Positions 25,301 to 37,845 of a stretch of DNA of 64,000 nucleotides are shown piece after piece (positions within the stretch are counted from its first letter, which is position 1; each line of letters opens with the position of its first letter). The position numbers and the translations under genes were made by a program. The notes under the pieces were generated by a model that saw nothing but the letters and a program-made list of their open reading frames with translations, was not told the DNA's origin and searched no databases. The DNA lies in contig NIVC01000127.1 in assembly GCA_002269645.1 (NCBI GenBank), forward strand, positions 124,001-188,000. Reading direction: 5' to 3'. The stretch comes from Macrostomum lignano. Lineage: Eukaryota.

Positions 25301-26259
25301 GCCAGGTGAATTTCACCGATTCCGACTTTTTAGCGGCAACGGCGGAGGAGGAGGCAGAGGCGGCGGCGGCGGGTGCCGTCAGCGGACCGACGTGGCAGCG
25401 GCGCAGCATGGATTCAAAGTTCACCCAACGGTGCACGCTGTTGAATAAGTCCGTGGCGTCTTCGCCAGCTCCGAGCATCAGCTCGTCAGGGCCGCCAGGG
25501 TGGAAGTCGGCGTACTTGGACACGTTGTACACCTGCGTGGGTGGGTGCGGCAACTCGTGGTTTCATGGTTTCTCACATAAATAGTCAGCATCACTGGAGT
25601 CTGAAGGGCAGCTGAAGTTTAAAGGGTTGAGAAGGGGTAGCTGAGTGAAGCCTGAAGGGTTGGGAAGGGGTAGCTGAGTTAAGCCTGAAGGGTTGGGAAG
25701 GGGTAGCTGAGTGAAGCCTGAAGGGTTGGGAAGGGATAGCTGAGTGAAGCCTGAAGGGTTGGGAAGGGGTAGCTGAATGAAGCCTGAAGGGTTGGGAAGG
25801 GATAGCTGAGTGAAGCCTGAAGGGTTGGGAAGTGGTGAAAGGAAGCCTGATTGGTTGGGAAGGGTTTAGATACGAGCCTAAAGGATTTAAATTATTTGTT
25901 AGTTAAGGTTAACTATAAAAACTGATCCATTCAACTAACACTCATATTTTTGTACTGCCAGTAGTCACTAATGAATTCCAATACTAAATAGCCGATGCTT
26001 AACAAAATAAAGCAGTTAGGCCTACCCTTACCTGTCCATTAAGCGCCATCCAACAGTCGCCAGGCTTATTATGCTTGGCCAGCTCCTCCGGTGACACTCC
26101 GTGCGGCCGGGTTCCATCCAGCATGTCGCGGCCTGAATTGCACAGGCGCACCCAGTCCATGAGGGAGTGGCCGGGACGGAGGGCCGTCTTATTGCGCAGG
26201 CTGCCTGTGGCGTTGCCTCGCTGCTGTTGCTGAGGTGGCGGAGGCGGTTGCAGAGACAT
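22369..26259 (-). CDS. CYB5R4: Cytochrome b5 reductase 4 (NCB5OR), about 531 aa. Exons 26032-26259, 24665-25532, 23275-23422, 22369-22720
   Basis: RNKTALRPGHSLMDWVRL matches the NCB5OR N-terminal motif. Heme-binding FHPGG, a CS-like middle region, FAD-binding RAYTPV, and NAD(P)H-binding IAAGTGVTPM and CGP are present. All three introns are GT-AG with phases 0,1,2. Confidence 0.92.
22780..23115. repeat. Degenerate hexamer repeat (AAACCC/AAACCA/CCCTAA mix), telomere-like, in CYB5R4 intron 3
   Basis: Direct observation; several CCCTAA units are interspersed. Confidence 0.85.
23493..24655. repeat. Compound (GACA)n-based repeat filling CYB5R4 intron 2
   Basis: GACA runs are punctuated by GGGCGAGAGAGACAGGGTG. 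Confidence 0.95.
25600..25865. repeat. 33-bp minisatellite (AGCTGAGTGAAGCCTGAAGGGTTGGGAAGGGGT), about 7 copies, in CYB5R4 intron 1
   Basis: Period 33 (25639, 25672 and onward). Confidence 0.9.
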
Positions 26260-29200
26260 TTCGCTTGAGTTGGCAGCAGTTGCGACGGCTGGTGGCGCCC
26301 CAGCTGAGTGGCTGTGCCGAGGCAACGATGCAGAAGAGGCTGAGGAGGTTGTGCAACCCACGATGAGGCGCGCCGAATGACTGAGTTGAGATCGATAGCA
26401 GCTGTTTCGGCTTAATTCAGATCTAAGACTGACATGAATGTAGAAGTGTTAAACAAAAGTACATTTTAATTGTAAATAGACAATCATTTACCATTGATAT
26501 GATGGTTTCCAAGACATTAGTGTCATTTTCTAGGAACCTACTTGGCTTTTATTAGATTAGGAAGTTATTATGCCAATTTTGTATGGGATGGAACATATAG
26601 GGATTAGAAATTAGCAAATAAAAAGCATCATTAAAAGGTTGTCAAAGGTAAAGCGAAAGCTAAAAGACTGGAAACAGAACTTAGAGATAAGACAGCTAAG
26701 TAAAAGAAATTAAAAGAACAGCTAGAAAGTGAAATAAATTAAAGATATGATTAAAAGTTAACTGTCACCTTTCCCCAAGATTTCAGACCAAGCAAGATGA
26801 CATGAACATCAGCCGAGGTACCAGGCAGAGTCAGTTGGCGCGGTGCCAGGAGAAACGATATGGCAAGATACCCCAACTGGTGGGCAAGATAGAGCAATGG
26901 TCAACAGGCAAGGTCAGCAGGTACGTATGTGGATCTGCAAAAGCATGACTCACCGAGGGACGCATGGGTGGTCTGACGTGTGAACAATTCGAATACTGAA
27001 CCCTAGACTGACCTTTAACCATTGCCTGAAGTAACCAACTAACAGATATCAAATTATCTCTCTCTCCCCATAGCAATGCGCTAATCTAATGTTGCTGCAT
27101 CTGTTCTAGCACCCCGCTGTTACTAATCAGTGGCGGGGGATGATGTGTATCAAAAGATTATAAAATAGACACGGCCTCGGCCCTGAAATAGGCAACTCTC
27201 ACTGAGACTTTAATTCTATAGCCTGGACTCCAGTGTAGCTCACCAATAAATCTAAAGACTCATATTTGTTATTTGTGCTACAGGCACAAGTCATAAGCAG
27301 CCAAGTAGCGATATCCTTTGTAAGCTCTTTTAGGCTTCGAGGATAGTAGAAGCAATAGAACAAAACCGCTAGGCAACCAAGAAAGAAAGAAGTAGATCCA
27401 GAGACCTAAGAGGAAGTCTTACAGAATAGGTCTTTATTCAGGAGCCATCATCATGAATTTCAAGGGATAAGGATAGATTGAAACAAATATATTGAACATA
27501 AACTGCCTAACATTGGATCAAAAAAGTTTTTATCTAATGTAGTAATAATAAATGTCAATGCAGATTTAAAAAATTTATTAAAATTTTATTTCTTTTGATA
27601 ATAACTAGGCCTAAGAAATATTCTAAGGCTAAAATAAGACAAATTAATAATGCATAAATTAAAAAAATATTATAACATTAGTATTTAAGCTTAAGCTAAT
27701 GGCAAAATCTTTATGGTTGGCCATTTAGTAGGGATTGACTGTGGTCACAGTCAGAATCGCAAAAACTGTGATCATAGAAAAATTCATGCAGTCTTTTGCC
27801 AATCACAATTTGTGAATTTCATGAATTAAACCTTACTTTTTTAAGTCATATCACAACATACTGACATATATAAGATTGTGAAGGAAGACTACCCCCACCC
27901 TAGCCTGGTTGTGCCACTGAGGCCTGTTACAGGAAAGTTTTGGTTAGCCCTCAGGTCTAGGCTGCAGTGGAATTGTAAATATAGAGATTAAGACTTTAAG
28001 AGATTATAGAGATAGTCCACTTTTGCTTTCCCATATTGTCAAGGCTGGCCATAACATAAATAAATATTTTCTTCTATTTAGGGTCAAGGGTTTCATATTT
28101 TAAGATATGAAAGCGATTCATTGGGGCGAATCCAAAAAAATTAGAGGGGGGTGGAGGGGGGCAAGGCATACTGAAGTAAACAAACTACAACCCAATAAAA
28201 ACAATTAAAAAAGTATGGCTCGATTTTTGCTACGGCTGAGGGGGGCAATCTGCTTTAAAAAATTGATAAAAGTATTCTTTTAGTCTTCCTTGGATTTCAT
28301 TTAAGAAATCCATTAAAAATTATCTCAATTTGGTTGATTTATGGTTTAAATGTACCAACCAAGGACGACTTAAGTAGAAGGACGGGAAACCTCGTTTCTT
28401 AGAAAATTTTTGAAGGCAGGTTTTTCCAAAAAAACATTACGGAGATAAAAGTTTTTCCGTAAATTCATAAATTCATTTTCAGCACAAAAATTGTTATTGC
28501 TTTTGATTGGAGGCAGATCCAAAGTTCATCTTTTCATATGTTGTGCCTTTCTTATTGCTCTATCGATATTCATAAAGCTTTTCGTTCATAAAATTAGGAT
28601 TCTATGTTAATTTTTTATTCTACGTACATTTCCTGTACCTAACAATCATAAAAAATGCATGGCACAGTTCCAATCTTTCGTTTTATGAATCTATTTTATC
28701 ATCTCTGTTAAAAATCGTACGCGTCCTGTGTCTAATAATCATGACCAATTCATTCATCATTCATTTCATTGATATTTTTTACTGCAATTGTAACACAGCA
28801 TAACAAAAATTAAGAAAACATCATACAGGTTTCAAACATCGTTTGTTCTTCTTTCTACGTTTTCTGTCTTCTTCTTTACGTCTTCCTTCTACGTCTACCG
28901 CGTGCGTCTGTCTTACTTAGAAAACGGAAAGTATGCATAATTGATATATATTGCATACCGTATAGTATATTTTGGTCTGGGAAAAAGTGTATTGATTTTA
29001 GAAACTATATAATACATCCAGGTGGCAGCTGCACACAACTTATGCAAAACAAAAACTAGCCAAAGTGCAGCTATACATGTACAATTGTATCAAGGCAAGC
29101 ACTAGCTTTACAACTGCTGGTCTTTCGCAATTTCGCAAATTCGTTACAGGTGCTGGATAAATACAATCTTCGTATAAATTTACATACAGTACATGCATGA

Positions 29201-29835
29201 TCCCTGTGCCCATGTATTTGCATTTATTTGCTATCTACTGATGGAAGCCACCCGCCATTTTGGCTCATTTTAATTGCTATTGCTTATTTTGTAAGTAAAT
29301 TTTTGCAATAAGATTGATTCCCAAAAACTTTTCCCACAGTACCATGATTCCTTTATGAATACTTGAATATCAGATTTACTACTTTAGAAGCTTTTTTATT
29401 TCACGCGGACACAAAAATGGAAGCACACAGAAATGCTGTGCCAGGAAACTGCTAGAAAATGATATGTTATTGCAAAAACGACGAAATTGGCGTAAAGAAA
29501 GTAACAATTTAAATAAAGGAACAAAAATGCTACCAAAACAGTAGTAGTTTATAACAAAAAAGCCAACCAAAAAGATCTGCAATCTGAACGAAACTAAGAA
29601 TTAAACTGTTTTTAACCAAAGGATGTCGAAGATAAACTTCTCGGCCATTCTTCTCTGACTCTACTGCGAAATGAATCAAGAAGCCAATCAAACACAAAAT
29701 GTAACAAAACGAAAAAAATGTTTGAAAACGAACTTCATGCACTACCAAAAAGTTGTTGCTGCGAAAACAAAAAGTGTGTTAGGCTGGAGCACGCGGGACA
29801 AACTGCTGTCAGCTGGTAGACTGGGCTGGGAGACT

Positions 29836-32748
29836 TCAGCCCTCGTAGGACAGTCGCGGCTGCTTGACAGACGAAGTAGGTCCTGCCTCGTCGGCGTTGT
29901 CGGCATGGCGGCGCTTACAGCCTGCTGGCCTAGCAGAAGGGGGTACGACTGCATTCGGCTTCTGAGTCTGCAGCTTGCTGGCCGTGGCGATGGCTGTCGA
30001 CTGCGAGGCTGTGGAGGCGGCGGCATTGTCGGCAACAACGGTAGCGACGTCTTTGTCCGGATCGATCAGGCGCAGCTGGAAGTCGGCAAATAGACGACGG
30101 GAATAGCTGAGCGTGTCGATGGCAAACTGGCGTACGGCGCCGGTTGGTGGCCGGTCGCGGCTGGGGGCAGGTCGAAGGCCGCCGGGTCGGACGCAGCAGG
30201 ACGGGTAGGTCATGGGCTCGGCAGAGAGCATCCTGAACAGCACTTGAACGTAGAATATGTCCGATTCGCTGCTGGGCAGCTTGTAGCCGTACTGGTTTGT
30301 GTGGGGGGGGGAGGCAGGTGATGATCTTCATAAATTAATATGGGTTGAATACATGTACATGTATGAGTAGGTAATGAATAATGACAAACTTAATGACTCT
30401 GGATTTGAGTTAAGTGATGACCAACTCAATGACTCTGGATTTGAGTGAGTGATGACCAACTCAATGACTCTGGATTTGAGTGAGTGATGACCAACTCAAT
30501 GATTCTGGATTTGAGTTGAGTGATGACCAACTCAATGATTTAGGATTTGAGTGGGTGATGACCAACTCAATGATTCTGGATTTGAGTTGAGTGATGACCA
30601 ACTCAATGATTTTGGATTTGAGTGAGTGATGACCAACTCAATGACTCTGGATTTGAGTGAGTGATGACCAACTTAATGACTCTGGATTTGAGTGAGTGAT
30701 GACCAACTCAATGATTTTGGATTTGAGTGAGTGATGACCAACTTAATGACTCTGGATTTGAGTGGGTGATGACAAAATTTCACCGCAAAAGTCTCACTAG
30801 ATTAAGCCAGTAGATCTTAAGTTCTTCGAACGAATTAAATGGCGAGTCGATTGGTAGGTCCTTGCGGATTTCGACTACTTCACCCTTCTTCATCCTGAAA
30901 ATGGTTTAGCGTTGCAACGTTGGGTTCTGGGCTTTTGAATGAATGAATGAGAGGCTTAGAAAAGTATAAAAGACAGCAAATAACTAACGAAGGCAGAACG
31001 TAAACCCATCTGTTGGGAATAAAGTCCTCAGTGATGAAGCTGCCGTCTGTACGCAAAAAACTTGTGGACACCTCTGCAGGCACGCCGAGGCCATCCAGCT
31101 ATAACAGAAGGAAAGTAAAATTGCAGATTATCTGTGATCAGCCACAGTGGTCTTTAGGTTCCAATAATTTACTTACAGAAAAAAGCGGAAGAATGGAGCT
31201 CACAGGCTTCAGTGTCATATCCAGACTACTGTTAGTAGCGCAGAAATTTACCTCTAAAGAATATTAATAAAATAACTACATGTAGTTGTGAAATTATTCT
31301 TGTAGCCAAATAAAGTACTTGTGATGGACATGTTGGACAACTTACTGACACTCAGAATTGATGAATTGTTCCTTGAGTCCAGGAAGTCTTGACCTGAAAA
31401 TTATAAATAATTTTTTTACTTGTCACGTCAATTACTAATATTATTGATAGTAAAGATTATTACTGTACTTTTAAATGTATTACGAGTATCTAGCACTAGC
31501 AGTAAATGTCAGTGCTTTATATAAACTTGCCCTGAATCAGCAGGTCAGCACATGGAGCCCAGTTTTTGCTCAACCTGGTTTGGATTGTAAACTTCAGGGC
31601 CTTCTCCAGATCACCAGAGCAAGTTTTTCCTGTGACTAAAATCTGAAAAATATCACATCATTTAAATACTGATTAGGCGCTAACTACTGGCTGTTCAATG
31701 AAACAATTAGAATATACTTACAGTCAACTTCAGTCTGGTGATTCGACTAGTTATTTCCTTCTGCTTCATGTAATCGGACTAAAATATAAATGTGTATAAT
31801 TTATTTTAAAATTACTTCAAGTTGTGCACATGATACACCAGGCCTATTTTTAAGGCAGCACTGAAATCAGTTAAATAGTATAACATAATTTATGAAGTGA
31901 GACAGACTATTTTAGCCAGTTAGTTATAGAAGGAATAAAGCTAAAGTAGTTTTAACAACTGTTATATTTATAAATTATGGATAGATAATTTAAGTATGGG
32001 CATATACTGGCATACCATAAATACATGTATATATTATTACAAGTTATATATAATGTAAATTGAAATAGGAAAATTGATCATAGTGTAATGTCAGCTTAGA
32101 TAGGCTTAAACCTAGTATTTTTATTTCATGCAATTTTGATTGTATAGATATAATATGCTGTATGGTTTATCTAAATTTCATAGCTAGTGTAAAATTAAAG
32201 AAAAAATTACCAGTGGACAAGTTACAATTTAAGTTGCTAAATAAAATTTTATAATACATGCTGGAAATTTTAATGCAGTTATATTTTTAGGCATCAAAGC
32301 ATTAAGCCGAAACAATAGCACATCCTCAGGTATAAATTAAACAGTGAAATATAACAGACAAAAGCATTACCTTGCCAATAATCACCAAGTGAGTGCAGCT
32401 AGGGTCTGTGCTAGGTGCAACAAGAATGTGTTCGTTCGTTAGGATTAGTTTCCTACAATAATGAGGAGATTGCATTGATGGTTTAAAAATAATTTTAGGA
32501 TAATTTCGGCACACTAGTTCAAATTGTGAAAAAGTTTGATTTGACATGTCAAAACAGTACGAGTATAAAGCACACATTCTATAAAAAAATCAGGAAAAAA
32601 TAAATACTTGCCTAGCAATGAACACGTGAGGTAGATTAAACACCATCTGGCTGCCTCCCCTGGTCATAGGGTCTTGTCGATCAGCTTTCACTAGAATCGA
32701 AACTAAATCATCAGTACAGATAGGTTCGAAATTAAAATGAAACGACAT
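29836..32748 (-). CDS. C18orf63: C18orf63 / DUF4708-family protein, about 391 aa, 9 exons: 32612-32748, 32371-32452, 31722-31778, 31531-31642, 31346-31393, 31177-31253, 30989-31098, 30798-30894, 29836-30291
   Basis: The spliced peptide NRWVYVLPSMKKGEVVEI..PFNSFEELKIYWLNLYGYKLP..FYVQVLFRMLSAEPMTYPSCCVR matches my recollection of human C18orf63 ([56 protein letters not shown]). LLIQGQDFL matches LLIQGRDFL. Exon lengths sum to 1176 nt with consistent phases. Introns 1 and 4 use GC donors. Confidence 0.85.
30380..30772. repeat. 35-36-bp minisatellite (TGATGACCAACTCAATGACTCTGGATTTGAGTGAG), about 11 copies, in the last C18orf63 intron
   Basis: Direct periodicity. Confidence 0.93.
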
Positions 32749-34089
32749 TTTGCAGACAACCAATCAATTGCGAAATAAATTGTTTTTCCTTAATGAAGCA
32801 ATATTCACCGTTAATCTACAATACGTTCCAGCACTAGCGCAAAAGACAACAAGCCTAGTTGTGTTTGGCTGTTGAACGCGGTGCGCGACCGACGCGCGCG
32901 TGCACACTTTGAAAATAATTTTTAAATTTTATCGCTGGAATAAAGGTTTAACACAACAGCACTGTTGCCAATTTTCTGTGTAAAAACTAAAATTTATGAT
33001 AAGTAAATTGTAGAGGCAAATAGTTTTTATCGAAATGGTTGGCAAGTTTTCATAAGAGAAATTTATATATTAAGTTGTGTACATATTTAATTTCAATTTC
33101 ACTAAAGCGTCAATTTCAAACAAGGCCTTTTTTTATACAGCAGTAACTCACTCAATTGAGCCAGTTAGTTCATTGAAGCCCTTTAGGCTTTAGTTATCTG
33201 GTCATATAATATAGAATTATTTATGTGAATCTTTCCTTTGAATAAATTTGCGTCATTTGGTATAAAGTTTTAATAAATATTTAATTTATTGAAATAATAA
33301 AATATGCGCCGCTCTGACAGACACGGCGGCCGTGTTGTGTCTATAATGCAAAAACTTAAGACACGGTGGCCGTGTCTCTAATAGTAACTAGGTCTATACT
33401 TATCTAGTTACTGTCTGTAACATAGCTACATCACATGTAGAATGCATTTCACTTCCACTGGAGATACAGCGGCCGTGTCAATGAAGCCTGCATATAGTAT
33501 CGTAATATAATATTGAATGATTTCGCACTTAAAAACACTGCGGTCATCTCTTTAATGCAAAAAATTAGACCAGCCATGGTACATGCATGCCTGAACATTA
33601 TAAACATAACATGGCAGCTGTGCCTATAAGCTTCTGGGAGAATTTGTACAGTATTTGAGCACTATTACATTATTATAATAAATACATAATGTTGCATTTT
33701 CTTTTCATTTTTGTTGGAAAAGAGACAATCAGCTTGAAAATTTTATGTTAATTTTGCTCCAATGTTGATATTATGCCTCTTGGTATTGCTTTGTTGAGTA
33801 GTCTATATAGCAAGATTATAAAAAATACTGTTTTTGGTTATAGCAATTCATTGGCTAAATTATTAGCTAACCTCAAAAGCTTATACTTTTTCTCCAAAGA
33901 TGCTTTCAGGTATATTATCTGTATATAAAATGAAATTATTTTTTCTATTGAAGTAGGGCCTATTAAAATAAAGTAGACTAGAGCTAAAATAAAACTGCAT
34001 TGCTATTCATCTATAGTGTGACACTAATGTCTTAGCAAAATCAATGTGGATTAACAAATATAAAATATTCTCAAATTCATGCCATTCCA

Positions 34090-34656
34090 ATGGAATTGCC
34101 TCACCGATTCGAGCCAGTCCTGTCAGCCTGCCATCACCTGCCAGTGGCAAGATTTGCTCAGCTCTGTAGCACTGCCTGCCGCATCTGCTTGCCATCTGCA
34201 GCCAATGCAGGAGGCAGCGCGCCGCAGTTGCCAGCCGACCCAGCTGAGAAGGAGGCGACCGCGGTGCTGGCCGGCGCCATGGCCGAGTCGCTGAGCCGCG
34301 GCCTGCCGATGTCCGCCCTGCTAGCTGCGCTGGAGGAGCGCGGCCTTTCTGGCGAGCACCTGGCCGCCTTCGCCAGCGTGGCAGCCGAATTCGCTGATGC
34401 CGGAGCGTCGCGCCAGAGTCCCGGCCAGCTGCCGCATGTTGTTGGCGTCGACTGGCGCCTCGACTACCTGCTTGGCCGGGAACAGCAACTGCAGCAGCAG
34501 CAGCAGCATCTTGAGTACCACCTGGACATTCTCACCGACTGTCCGGCCAAGCCTCGCCTTCGCTGCAGCCGGCACCAGCTGCAGGACCTGCTGGCTCAGC
34601 TGCGCGAAGCCCTGGCAGCGGTGGAATCTGTGGCCTCCACTGCTGACAGCTCATGA
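34090..34656 (+). CDS. COMMD3: COMM-domain protein 3-like, 188 aa, intronless
   Basis: LPHVVGVDWRLDY and CSRHQLQDLLAQLREA match the COMMD3 motifs LPHITDVSWRLEY and CSMEQLQDLVGKLKDA (recalled). Clean ATG to TGA. Confidence 0.8.
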   Translation: MELPHRFEPVLSACHHLPVARFAQLCSTACRICLPSAANAGGSAPQLPADPAEKEATAVLAGAMAESLSRGLPMSALLAALEERGLSGEHLAAFASVAAEFADAGASRQSPGQLPHVVGVDWRLDYLLGREQQLQQQQQHLEYHLDILTDCPAKPRLRCSRHQLQDLLAQLREALAAVESVASTADSS

Positions 34657-34967
34657 ATTTTGCTGTTGGCTAAAATTGGTGAATCTGGACACTGATTGAA
34701 TTGTAATGCATTTGCAGACAATTTTTGTTATTCTGCATTACTTGTGTAGCGCATCTACAGCTACTTCGAATAGTAACAGCTGCGGGCCCAATTTTATAAT
34801 TATATATTACAACGGTTTAAATATGAATTTTAGTTTGCCGTTAGGAAATTAAAGTGCTTTCTTTACTACTTGTTGCTTAGGTTATTACAGTAATCAACTG
34901 CAACTGTTCTTGCCATTTAGAGTTTTCGTTTTTTAAAGAATGAAGTATTTTATCGCGATTGAGCTCA

Positions 34968-37045
34968 AAGAGGACAGTGAACATGAAGAGAGGACAGTGA
35001 ACATGAAGAGAAGACAGTGAACATGAAGTGAGGACAGCTAGTGAACATGAAGAGAGGACAGTGAACATGAAGAGAGGACAGTGAACATGAAGAGAGGACA
35101 ATGAAAATGAAGAGAGGGCAGTGAACATGAAGTGAGGACAGCTAGTGAACATGAAGAGAGGGCAGTGAACATGAAGAGAGGACAGTGAACATGAAGAGAG
35201 GACAGTGAACATGAAGAGAGGACAGTGAACATGAAGAGAGGGCAGTGAACATGAAGAGAGGACAGTGAACATGAAGAGAATACAATGAACATGAAGAGAG
35301 GATAATGAACATGAAGAGAGGACAGTGAACATGAAGAGAGGGCAGTGAACATGAAGACAGGACAGTGAACATGAAGAGAGGACGTGAACATGAAGAGAGG
35401 ACAGTGAACATGAAGAGAGGACAGTGAACATGAAGAGAGGGCAGTGAACATGAAGTGAGGACAGTGAACATGAAGAGAGGGCAGTGAACATGAAGAGAGG
35501 ACAGTGAACATGAAGAGAGGGCAGTGAACATGAAGAGAGGACAGTGAACATGAAGAGAGGACAGTGAACATGAAGAGAGGACAGTGAACATGAAGAGAGG
35601 ACAGTGAACATGAAGAGAGGACAGTGAACATGAAGAGAGGACAATGAAAATGAAGAGAGGGCAGTGAACATGAAGTGAGGACAGCTAGTGAACATGAAGA
35701 GAGGGCAGTGAACATGAAGAGAGGACAGTGAACATGAAGAGAGGACAGTGAACATGAAGAGAGGACAGTGAACATGAAGAGAGGACAGTGAACATGAAGA
35801 GAGGACAGTGAACATGAAGAGAATACAATGAACATGAAGAGAGGATAATGAACATGAAGAGAGGACGGTGAACATGAAGAGAGGGCAGTGAACATGAAGA
35901 CAGGACAGTGAACATGAAGAGAGGACGTGAACATGAAGAGAGGACAGTGAACATGAAGAGAGGACAGTGAACATGAAGAGAGGGCAGTGAACATGAAGTG
36001 AGGACAGTGAACATGAAGAGAGGGCAGTGAACATGAAGAGAGGACAGTGAACATGAAAAGAGGGCAGTGAACATGAAGAGAGGACAGTGAACATGAAGAG
36101 AGGGCAGTGAACATGAAGAGAGGACAGTGAACATGAAGAGAGGACAGTGAACATGAAGAGAGGACAGTGAACATGAAGAGAGGACAGTGAACATGAAGAG
36201 AGGACAGTGAACATGAAGAGAGGGCAGTGAACATGAAGAGAGGACAGTGAACATGAAGAGAGGACGTGAACTTGAAGAGAGGATAATGAACATGAAGAGA
36301 GGACAATGAACATGAAGAGAGGGCAGTGAACATGAAGAGAGGGCAGTGAACATGAAGACAGGACAGTGAACATGAAGAGAGGACGTGAACATGAAGAGAG
36401 GACAGTGAACATGAAGAGAGGACAGTGAACATGAAGAGAGGACAGTGAACATGAAGAGAGGGCAGTGAACATGAAGACAGGACAGTGAACATGAAGAGAG
36501 GACGTGAACATGAAGAGAGGACAGTGAACATGAAGAGAGGACAGTGAACATGAAGAGAGGACAGTGAACATGAAGAGAGGACAGTGAACATGAAGAGAGG
36601 GCAGTGAACATGAAGAGAGGACAGTGAACATGAAGAGAGGACAGTGAACATGAAGAGAGGACGTGAACTTGAAGAGAGGATAATGAACATGAAGAGAGGA
36701 CAATGAACATGAAGAGAGGGCAGTGAACATGAAGAGAGGGCAGTGAACATGAAGACAGGACAGTGAACATGAAGAGAGGACAGTGAACATGAAGAGAGGA
36801 CAGTGAACATGAAGAGAGGGCAGTGAACATGAAGAGAGGGCAGTGAACATGAAGAGAGGACAGTGAACATGAAGAGAGGACAGTGAACATGAAGAGAGGA
36901 CGTGAACTTGAAGAGAGGACAATGAACATGAAGAGAGGACAGTGACCATGAAGAGACGACAGTGAACATGAAGTGAGGACAGTGAACATCAAGAGAGGAC
37001 GTGAACATGAAGAGAGGACAATGAACATGAAGAGAGGACAGTGCA
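34968..37045. repeat. 20-bp minisatellite (GAGGACAGTGAACATGAAGA), about 100 units, with internal block duplications
   Basis: Direct periodicity; it explains the HCPLFMFTVLSSCSL ORFs. Confidence 0.97.
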
Positions 37046-37409
37046 TCTGCAAAGGCGCATGGTGTACAGTGAGGAAGTCAGCTAATCCATAAGAAAGTTT
37101 TCCCCAGTTTGCCCGGGAAGAAGTGGCCTGACCTGACCGACGGCAGCGCACCACTCGATACACCTGCTGGCACACTTGTGCATAATGCCGATTCACTGTA
37201 GTTGATTGCTTTCAATAAACATTTCCTAATCAGTCTCAGCTGGTTGCTGTTGATCTGTTGATGCCAATTGTCAAGGTCAAGTTCGGGTCAGCAGCTGCTA
37301 TCGGTTTTAGCTCGTAGCAGAATTTTTGTAACGTCAAACTTCATTCGGTCCTTGTTCGGGGATTTCTAGAGGAGGGAACTTTTGCTTCTGCGAAATTCAG
37401 GGGAGCGGT

Positions 37410-37845
37410 GGTAGCGGAGAGGCAGATTCAGGGGCTGAGGTGGGAGCGGAGAGGCAGATTCAGGGGCTGAGGTGGGAGCGGAGAGGCAGATTCAGGGGCT
37501 GAGGTGGGAGCGGAGAGGCAGATTCAGGGGCTGAGGTGGGAGCGGAGGGGCAGATTCAGGGGCTGAGGTGGTAGCAGAGAGGCAGATTCAGGGGCTGAGA
37601 TGGGAGCGGAGAGGCAGATTCAGGGGCTGATGTGGGAGCGGAGGGGCAGATTCAGGGGCTGAGATGAGAGCGGAGAGGCAGATTCAGGGCTGAGATGGGA
37701 GCGGAGGGGCAGATTCAGGGGCTGAGATGGGAGCGGAGGGGCAGATTCAGGGGCTGAGGTGGGAGCGGAGGGGCAGATTCAGGGGCTGAGGTGGGAGCGG
37801 AGGGGCAGATTCAGGGGCTGAGGTGGTAGCGGAGGGGCAGATTTA
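37410..37845. repeat. 32-bp G-rich minisatellite (GGCAGATTCAGGGGCTGAGGTGGGAGCGGAGA), about 13 copies
   Basis: Period 32 (37421, 37453 and onward). Confidence 0.93.

Noticed and set aside
28114-28720. Possible DNA-transposon or MITE remnants (GGGGCGAATCC..GGGGGG start; TTACGGAGATA-type motifs)
   Set aside because: No matching second TIR or TSD was found by eye; a repeat library is needed.
30380-30772. Box C (RTGATGA) motifs suggesting a C/D snoRNA cluster
   Set aside because: There is no CTGA D box in the unit, the motifs are antisense to the host gene, and the periodicity is simple tandem.
34877-37196. Long ORFs (503-690 aa) through the 20-bp array; likewise 13751-15642, 23437-24886, 38289-39633, 42048-42997, 46339-47752, 52991-54242 and 56614-58233
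   Set aside because: They are translations of stop-free tandem repeats in several frames and on both strands. They have no domain content, and several lie inside well-defined introns.
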